Assembly: GCA_002189035.1 (NCBI GenBank)
Contig: CM007991.1
Span: 1,736,001 to 1,800,000, forward strand
Reading direction: 5' to 3'
Length of the DNA: 64,000 nt
Source of the DNA: Utricularia gibba
Lineage: Eukaryota > Plantae > Magnoliophyta
Both the position numbers and the translations under genes were made by a program. The stretch's first letter is position 1, and the number at the start of each line of letters is the position of its first letter. Positions 55,274-64,000 of this stretch are shown here, one piece after another. Under the pieces are notes generated by a model. It was not told the origin of the DNA, ran no database searches, and saw only the letters and a list, made by a program, of their open reading frames with translations.

Positions 55274-57867
55274 CTAACATCCAAAGGCACCGTTGGCTGC
55301 CTCCCCTGCAACTGGAAGGTGGTGGTCCTTGCCTTGTTTGTTGCCATCTCCAAAGTGAGTATGGGGGAAATGGGCCCACTGCAAATAAAACATATAAATT
55401 AAATATTATTTAAATCTGATCTTGTCCTTATTTTCTGAATTAAAAAAAGGCGATATTTCAAAATCATATTAATTGCAATTTATTGTGGATAACTATTTTG
55501 ACCAACTTACACATAAATGGATAATCACGTGCCCATTACTACACGTGGCATAACCCGTTTTTTATTTTTTAAGTATTATTAATTAATACTTAAAAAACTT
55601 ACATTCTTTGCAGCTGTGCTGAAGGCTTCACGGTGGCTGATTTCTGGGTTGTTTGCCTTTATCCTCTGAATCTCCTCCCTGAGAGACGACCACGACGACG
55701 TCGTATTAGGCTTGCGTCACGACATGATTCTCGTGAAGAAGAACATACCTTATAAACCGGTTGTATGCCGATGGAACGCGCTGTCTCTTCTCCGGAGCTG
55801 CACAATTCAACTTAGGCCTGAGAAACTGGATATAGTCTCATGAAGCAACACTTGTTTCATGTTTTTTAATCTGCATTGGAACTCTTTATGCAAATTCAAA
55901 CTCCAATTACAGTAAAGGGGCATGTGGGCTCTATTGAACTCCATATTGCCATTGAATTTATGATGAATAGAGCTAATAATGGATGGTAGACACTGAACTT
56001 CTTGAAATCTCAATGAGGGAAAAGAGGGGTGCTGCAGTGTCTTAATGGCTCGTGAATAAAGAGAGATTGGGCAACACAGAAGGTACTAAAGCTATGTTTC
56101 GAGACAGCTAGTGTTTGCAGGTGAGTGTGGAAAGCAATGCAGTGTCACAGTCATCACAGATCATAAAACATAAGAGCGAAAACACTAGTGAGTGAGTGCT
56201 CCCTCTTTTGCCTTGCAGAAATGGGACATTCAAAGAAATTATAGGAATTTGCCCTAACCCCCACAGTGGAAAGTTTTAATCTTGGGAGGAGTTTGAGTTC
56301 ACTGAAGAGTTGGGAATGCTTACGACGAATTGGAGGAGGCATCATCTTTGGTGGATTGGGGTGGAAAGAGCCGAATCGTGTCAGCTTAGAGGACGAAGCA
56401 CCTTCTCTTACCGCAGCCTCCATCATAGACTGCTGCTTTAGGAGCTTGGAGATAGCAAATCATGTGTCAGCAAAGATCCCTAGCTTCAGACGTACAAAAG
56501 ATCATATATATCTATCACTATAATCAGGAAACGCTCGGCTTCTCCTAATTATTTTTACTTTCGAATTCCAGAATTACTCGAGGATCAAAACAGCAAGCTA
56601 CAAAGATGCTAGTGTGTGTGAAAATGAGAGGACCAGAGTTCTAAAACATACTTGGAATTCCTGGAGATGATGGAGAGGCTGAAGAGAAGCACCCATGTTG
56701 ACAGAAAGGAGATTAGCACAGTGCCCGCATCTTACAGTAACAATGGTGAACATGCTTCCCCATGGAACACTAACCTGCTCCAAGTTAGCATCTGAATAAG
56801 TGAAAAAATGATCAAAACCCTAAGCCTCTAATCGTGCAAGACTTCAATGATAAGATCTTTCTATGATGAATGTATTGTTGTCTAGATGCATAAACTGATA
56901 AGTGGTTCTTGTTTTCTCTACTGGTCTGACAACATCACCACTGATCTGATCTATTCATCCCCACCCCCCACCTTTTACTGTAAGAATTGAGAGGAAAGAG
57001 AAAAAGAAAACGACTTGACTTGAGCAGAATTCATCGGAAGAATGACCAATCAACTGTATATCGTTTTTTTAATCTGATAAGTTACTTTTTACAGCCGGTA
57101 AAAGACACAGAGCCATTGTTGTGTTGCATCAAATCAAAGAAGCTTAAACAGAACGATCTTGGAGAAAGGAAAAGCTGGGATAAGGAAAAGGAACTCGAGA
57201 ATTAGGGGTATCGAAACAGCACAAAACTCAATAGCCAACAAAAACAGAATTCCAGAAAGAACAAAGCTCTTTCACACACCAGCCCAAAGTGGGAGGCGTG
57301 TTTCTGAGTTTCAGTTCTTTCAGAAAACAAAATTTTATGCGGGGAGGGGGGCATACATACATTCTTGTACTGAAAATGCAGCCCACAGCTGCATCAGATA
57401 TCAATTGATTACAGAAAGTGTTTTTGAGAATATTAGGGCTTTATTTTGTCCATATATTATTCAACCACAAAATCATGAAAAAAAAAACTAGCGCTAGCGA
57501 ATCAGAAACTACAGATCTGTTTATACTCTGAACATACCCTCCAAGAACAGAAAAAAAAAAGAAGTTTATTTTTCAAGCATTCTATAAATGGTTATAAGCA
57601 AGCACCATAGATTTCCTCGCTGCAAACCCTTTTACTTTTATCAGTATTTTAAAGGAAAGATGAGGAAGAAGAAGAAGGAGAAGAAGAAACAGTCTCTTTA
57701 GTTTCCTGCAGACACAAGTAGAAAATTCAAAACGCAACAGCATGCAAAGCTGGGATAATTAAATTAGATTAATACAAGTGAAACAAAAAAAACGATACCG
57801 CGAGAATGGTGTTGCAGAAGCCGCAGTAAACATAACAAACGCGCTCTGTGGTCATCTCCGAAGACAT
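55274..57867 (-). CDS. YAB2: YABBY transcription factor, YAB2 type, 6 exons
   Basis: Exons 57867-57799, 56774-56652, about 56435-56324, 55797-55749 (49 nt), 55678-55603 (76 nt) and 55378-55274. The C2C2 finger reads [50 protein letters not shown]. The YABBY domain reads [47 protein letters not shown]. Confidence 0.93.
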
Positions 57868-59408
57868 TTCAGCTGATGGAATAGAATAGAAATAGATCAC
57901 ACCTCTCAGTACACAGTACACCTAGTGTACAAACAAAACAAAACCCCTCTCCTTTATTTTATATCTAGAATAATAATAGTAATCAATATCAGCCTTCCTC
58001 TTCTTCTTCTCCTGCGCTCAAAATTTTCTTCGAAGAATACGATGAAAACCCAGATCAAGGAAAACCTGCCATGGAGAAAATCAAGAAGGCGAAGAAGAGC
58101 TGGAGAGAAAAGGACGAAGTGAGGTAGATACAAATAGATATACGTATAGGTTTTATGTGGTGAGAGAATAGTAATTAGATGTGCAGATGGGACTGGTCTG
58201 GTCGGTAAAGCGTGAGAGGGGAGTAGTGCAGTGCACCCAGTTGCGCCTAGAATTTTTTGGTGGCATCTTTAAAATCCTTTTCCTCCTAATAAATAATATA
58301 CACATCATTTTCTCCTTCAAACAAAGAAAAAAAACACACTTCATTACAATCTCCAGGGCACAAATTGTTGTCCACACCTTGGTTTTTATAAGCATCAGCA
58401 GATGATGGCTGATTCTAACAACTAAACCTAAGATCTCTTACATGTTTTAGGGCAGGCTGAAGACAGTGAAGAGAAGGGGCACTGACCGACATGTTTGAAC
58501 GCTATGATGATGGAATGAGTGGTCGAGAAAAGGAATTTTTAAAATAAACAACATATGTCCCTGTATTTAATTTTCTGCTACGCTTTTTGTTGCAGCGGGC
58601 GAGGGGGCGAAAAAAATAACTGTTTGGGAATGTCTAGGGATTAAAAAACAACGGTAAATGGGTAAACTGTAACTGCAACTGTAACTCATTTTTTTTATTT
58701 TTTACCCCACATTGTGAAAATAAATAATTGTCCTCCAACCCAAATCGGGCCTAATGGTGGCTTGTTGTAGATTGGCAAAAAAATGGGTTGCATTGAATTG
58801 CAATTAAATAAAATTATATTGAATCCACTATTTATAATAATACTATTTAGGGTGCCATCAATGCAGTCAGCTTATTTATCAGGCTTCAATGTGGTGTTTT
58901 ATGTAACAAAACAAAGCGTATTATTGAAACCATAGAACTGAAATTCATGACTAATGTGATCACATCTTGGTTTAGAGTGTTCGTGCCCTTTTGTTGGAAT
59001 CATGGGGTTATTAGAACAAATAATTTTGAATTTGAAAGTGAAATAATAAATGTAAAAAAAATTACAAATCAATAATAATCGATTGATTTTAATTTTTTAT
59101 ATGATTTATGTTTATTATGTAATTAGTTTTTAGATATGTTCATCCGATACATTTGATCTTTAATTTCAACACTTGTGTAAAGGTAGCTTTGCAAAGTGTT
59201 CATGGGGGAAAATGAAATTTTAGAATCATAGTGTTAAAGAGTCGGGCCATAGACCAGTATCTTGTTATTGCATTAGAGAGTATTTAAGAAGGTACGGTGT
59301 AGAGTGTAGGTAAGCCATTGACAAGAAGGCAAGGATTAATAGAGACTTGATTGCCCTACGGCGGAGAATCATTCCGGGGGAGTTGGAAAAGCTTCGGCGG
59401 CGTTCTTA

Positions 59409-60261
59409 CCTTTTGGGAAAGCCGGAAATTGGAAACAACTTTTTTGTGGGTGGTATTTTTTTACATAAATTTCTAGCAACTCGTTCTGGTCGTGATGGGG
59501 GAACTGATTCTAAAAGAGCAGAAGGGAGTTATAAATATCAGAATCAGTTTAAGAAGGAGACGCATAATCGATTCTCAGTTTACTATCTTCAGCAATCACC
59601 TAAATTGGTTCTTGTTTCAAAATTCATTTTTCCCGATAGCTGTCAACTTCTTCAAGACCTACACCCACAGCCACAGGGTTCCATGCAGCCAACCCATGAC
59701 GACTGTATTGTTTGTTGGGAGATGTATCTCTTATTCCCTTCAAAAATCGGGGCTGTTTCATGATCATTTCTGATGTAAGACAATATAGAATGACAAAAAA
59801 AAAAAAAAAACATATGTTCTTCAATCATATTTTGGAATTCTAAGGTGTTCTTAGTGATTCGACATCACTCATACCTAATAACACAGGGTTTTCCTCAGAA
59901 ACCTGGGATCACTTGAAATAGATTATTAACAAAGTTAATGTTCAATCTAAGTGCATTTTAAGCATACAGATCCAAATCCAAATACATTTTACCATTCCTC
60001 TTCAAGTTTTTTCTCAAATAAAAGACTCTTTTTTACAGTACTTCTGTCCCAGCTACCCATGATAAATTTTACATACTGTAGAAAAAAGTGATTTTCAGAG
60101 AACTGAAGTTCTGGCTGCACAGAAATAAAAATATACAATTACCCCTCCCAGCCTTTCTCTAGACGCGAAGAGACTCCATACTACAGCATCTAAGTGTAGT
60201 AAAAGTTGGCGTTTTAACCCGCTCAAGAAACCAAGTTAACGACATAAATACCCTACTCACG
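59409..60261 (-). other. Putative spliced minus-strand transcript with a 47-aa ORF (59767-59624), upstream of YAB2
   Basis: Donor-like GTGAGT at 60260, acceptor TTTCTGTGCAG at 60115, acceptor after a long U-tract at 59770, ORF MIMKQPRFLKGIRDTSPNKQYSRHGLAAWNPVAVGVGLEEVDSYREK, and a further AAG|GTAAGA donor near 59409. Confidence 0.25.
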
Positions 60262-61776
60262 CCTTTCACCGCGGTAATTTTTCCATACTAATCTCCTTTG
60301 TCCCGGCACAGTAAATAACCTATGTGGTAAAAAAATAAAACAATGGGTTAGTTATGTTCGTCATCCCATGATCCGACCCAACCCCACCCATGAATTTAAC
60401 TTAATTTTTTTTAATTATTATTATTCCGGTTTACTGAGAAGTGAAAGTAACAAGTAGTCGTCCGATAAAACGTCAAGAGTGTGAGAAATGAGACGTGACA
60501 GGTGGAAGGTAGGATTGGATTTGATTATACACATTCACCCGCACGTGATGTGTTGTTAGAATTTTACCTTTTCTTTTTTCTTACAATATTTAAATATAAA
60601 TATTTTTCCTTTTCCATTGACACGTAATTTTCTGGGCAATTATTACGTGGGGAAGACTCCATCCACCAACTATGCAACCCTATGAATATGATTCACATTA
60701 TTTCCAAACTCACACGCATTTATTGCTTCCTCAAAATTGACCTTTTTTCCCCTTATTTCGCATTAACCCCCACTTTCAAAATTTTATTATTTTGGGGTCG
60801 CTATTTTAACAATCACATCCATTTTCTCACAAAACAAAACAAAAAAATAGATTCTATTTTGAACCATTCTTCTGAAAATAATTTTATTATCAAATATAAA
60901 TGACTTCTAATTTTTCTTAAAAAAACAACTAAAATTTTATTTTACTTTTCAAGAAGTAAAACCAAATAACACGTGAACTTGTCCGTGTATCCGGCAGCAT
61001 ATTGCAAAAAGAGGGTAAACCAACTGCTTCCATTTCACACATTGAATTCAGCGTTACTAAAGATAACGACTATACATAATCATAGGAAAAATATATTTTA
61101 ATTTTTTTACTGTACGGAAAATTGATGATGGGGTTTTTTTTTTTACTTGCTATCTAGTGTCAGTGGAATGAATTAACCTAGGAGACCCAGCTAAATTGAT
61201 GCGAGAGGCATTTGGGCTGAGGATGTTCATAAATGGGCCAAGGGAAACATTTAACGAAACAGAACAGAACCGCTTTGATGGGCTTCTGTTAATTCGGACC
61301 CAATCTTGTACGAATGAATTAAGAATCGACTGGGAATTAGCCCAGCTCGCACATTATTTTTTTTTTAAAATAAATCCACATGATTGAAATAATGCGTCTT
61401 TTTAAAAAAAATTTTATCCAAATGGTGAGTAATAAAAGTTAATTTTCTTTATTTATTTTGAAAAATTCTAAATCAAAACTTGGTTATTTTTGTAATATTT
61501 TCCCAATTTAGTTATTTTGGAAATTTAACAAGTACAGGATGCCGGGAAATGTCGTGTTCCCAGGACATTGTTGTGGGTCACTCTGGCACCCCATATCGTG
61601 TAAGAAGAAGTAGATGTTGTTGTTGAGTCGATGTTCCTACAGCTCATTTCAAAGCTTACATGTGGAGAGGAAAATAGCAGCCCCAGCTACCATCTTCGTC
61701 CTCAAGAACATAAATCGGTTTTGTGAGTTGTGATTTGAGGAGCCCTTTTTACATAGTTGATTTTTGGGTGCTTTCC

Positions 61777-63278
61777 ATGGCGATGGCATCTGCTGCGGTG
61801 ATACCAATAGTGTGTCTGCTTGTAGCGGTTTACTTGGCGGTGGATCCATTTAAGCACTCCCCATTGTCTGGATTTCCAGACTACAAGATGGTTCCGGTGG
61901 AAATGCCTTCGTGGTCGGAAGTTCCGACCGAAATCGATTCCCAGAATCGCCTCCGGAAATCGGAAATCATGTTCTTGAATCAGGTGCAAGGGCCTGAGAG
62001 CGTGGCATTTGATCCAATGGGCGGCGGTCCGTACACCGGTGTGGCCGATGGCAGAGTTCTCTTCTGGGATGGGGATAAGTTGTCTGTTTTTGCGTACACT
62101 TCTGCTAATTGGTAACAGGGCTTTTTTTTTTTCTCTCTTTCTTCTCCTTCTCTACCAATGAATAATCTACTGTACTATCCAAGAATCTGATGATGGTGGA
62201 AGCCTACATCATTAACCTTCGATTTTACCATGCTTTATCGTAATACTCTGTTTTCCATACAGGTTCTAGTGTTAACAGAGTAGAAAAGTGAACTGTTTCA
62301 TGGTGATTCAATTAATGCAACGCAGGTCTGAAGCGCTGTGTGGTCGCAAATCATCAATTCTTGAATATGTGAAAAACGAGCACATCTGTGGAAGGCCTTT
62401 GGGTCTGAGATTCGACAAAAGAAACGGTGACATGTATATCGCCGATGCTTATTTCGGGATTATGAAGGTAGGGCCTGAAGGGGGCTTAGCTTCTTCAGTG
62501 ACTAATGAAGCAGAAGGAGTTCCTCTCGGATTCACAAATGACTTGGACATTGATGAACACGGGAACATCTACTTCACTGACAGCAGCACTGTTTACAGAA
62601 GAAGGTATACCTTTCTATGAGTTTCTTTGACAGCAGTATCCCGACGGCTGAGAGAGTTGAATCATTTCAGGGAGTTTCTACAGCTATCCGTAACTGCAGA
62701 TGATAGTGGGAGACTCCTGATGCACAATCCTGCTACTAAAGAAACTAGAGTTCTGGTCCGAAATCTGCAGTTTCCGAATGGCGTTTCCCTAAGCAAGGAC
62801 GGCTCCTTCATTGCATACTGCGAGGGTTCTCGTGGCAGGTACATTTTTCGCATTCAACACAATCAGAGGTTGTCAATCATTTATCTACATTTACAGGCTG
62901 AGCAAGTACTGGCTGAAGGGCGATGCCTCTGGAACTTCAGAGGTTATGGCTATTCTACCAGGCTACCCTGATAACGTTCGAACAAATGAAAATGGTGACT
63001 TTTGGGTCGCAATCCATTTTCGAAGGACGTGGCTCGGTCATATCGTCTGCGAGTATCCCATAATTCGACATCTCTGGCTGAAGCTTCCCTTCATTCCAAA
63101 GTATCCTCCCCATCAGGGAGTTGTGGTGAAATACAGCCCTGAAGGCAAGATCCTAGAGATCTTGGAAGACAAGCAAGGAGAAGTTGTTCTTGCTGTAAGC
63201 CAGGTTGATGAGAAGAATGGGAAACTTTGGATGGGCAGTGTTCTAACACAGTTTATCTCAGTTTATCAGTTACCTTAG
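61777..63278 (+). CDS. SSL3: Strictosidine synthase-like protein (SSL3 type), 4 exons, 387 aa
   Basis: Exons 61777-62111, 62326-62604, 62671-62838 and 62897-63278 total 1164 nt. N-terminal anchor, then QVQGPESVAFDP..GGPYTGVADGR, CGRPLGLRF, FTNDLDID, LQFPNGVSLSKD, LPGYPDNVR and GKLWMGSV. Confidence 0.93.
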
Positions 63279-63452
63279 ATCCTCATTGTAATAAAGAACT
63301 CCAGTTTGAATGCATAGTAAGACACTGTTATGATTTCAACTTAGTGTAGTATAGATGGGCAAACAAGAATGTCATGTCATTCAGAAGCAAAGATACTTAC
63401 TTGGAGTTCATCGACTAACACACACCACAGATCCCGAAGGTAAAAAATCAGC

Positions 63453-63980
63453 CTAATCTTTTTTGAAATTGATGATGATCACGGGCTGCTGGTTCCTTCT
63501 GTATCCCCACATTTCCACCACATCTCCGGCTTTGACGTGGTTATCTGCTGTGATTTGCTTCCAAGAATCCTTGTTCAGAATGGGTCGCGTTTGGCTGTTC
63601 CATTTGATCATATGAAGAGAATACTTTCTACCAGACGAATCACAGCACGAGAGATTCAACCCTTCGCTAGACATCATATTCCGCCACTCTTCATGGGTTA
63701 AGAAGTTGATCAAGTCATCGCATTCCGACAACATGAGGCGGTTCAAGTTGGGGTTCACGTCGGAATATTCGATATACTTGTGGTATAGGAAAGCCACCGG
63801 AGTAGCGTTTTCATCTGCGCCCATCATCTGCATGATCGACAGGAACTCTTCAAGAGAAGATATTGGATGAGTGTGCACATTCTGCCGTTTCTGACTCTTT
63901 CTCTTCTTCCTCTCTCCGTTGGACGGATCATTTTCTTTTCTCTTATGGGTGTTATTGTTGGAGCACTCACCCACCTCCAT
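63453..63980 (-). CDS. Single B3-like (DUF313-type) domain protein, intronless. The ORF may extend beyond the window.
   Basis: Basic NLS-like RKKRKSQKR, then KYIEYSDVNPNLNRL..., FLTHEE and ...WKQITADNHVKAGDVVEMWGYR, typical of B3/DUF313 proteins. The first ATG is at 63980, and the frame is open to the window edge. Confidence 0.7.
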   Translation of the reverse strand: MEVGECSNNNTHKRKENDPSNGERKKRKSQKRQNVHTHPISSLEEFLSIMQMMGADENATPVAFLYHKYIEYSDVNPNLNRLMLSECDDLINFLTHEEWRNMMSSEGLNLSCCDSSGRKYSLHMIKWNSQTRPILNKDSWKQITADNHVKAGDVVEMWGYRRNQQPVIIINFKKD

Positions 63981-64000
63981 GCCGGCATTGCACGGCACCG

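Noticed and set aside
37811-63278. UGT75 plus strictosidine-synthase-like as an alkaloid biosynthetic cluster
   Set aside because: The genes are about 23 kb apart with unrelated genes between them. SSL3 is a widespread hydrolase-type paralog, and there is no P450, decarboxylase or other pathway gene.

Overview
Gene-dense plant (eudicot) nuclear DNA with mostly short introns. No prokaryotic features, rRNA, tRNA, CRISPR array or intact transposon were found. Sixteen protein-coding genes can be reconstructed: PDS5 (5' partial, +), a WEB-family coiled-coil gene (+), a C2/GRAM/VASt protein (+), ADF (+), a CHX20-like antiporter (-), a 3R-MYB of MYB3R3/5 type (+), AS1/PHANTASTICA (-), RECQL3 (+), alpha-expansin (-), UGT75 (-), NDR1/HIN1-like (+), bHLH LONESOME HIGHWAY (-), FAF-like (-), YABBY2 (-), strictosidine-synthase-like 3 (+) and a DUF313/B3-like gene (-). 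Main observations: (1) seven clear and one possible single-base deletions, all in homopolymers, break five or six genes; this most likely reflects long-read assembly error rather than pseudogenes. (2) RECQL3 needs 8-nt and 4-nt microexons. (3) A 34-aa conserved-type uORF lies upstream of LHW. (4) A cluster of MSA (AACGG) elements sits in the promoter of the MYB3R gene itself. (5) Three unexplained intergenic signals: an ABRE/G-box plus TATA promoter followed by a hairpin and no long ORF (51.8-52.2 kb), a telo-box, spliced, sORF-bearing transcript divergent from LHW (46.1-46.4 kb), and a spliced minus-strand candidate upstream of YAB2 (59.4-60.3 kb). All calls come from manual reading, and family names rest on recalled motifs rather than database searches.
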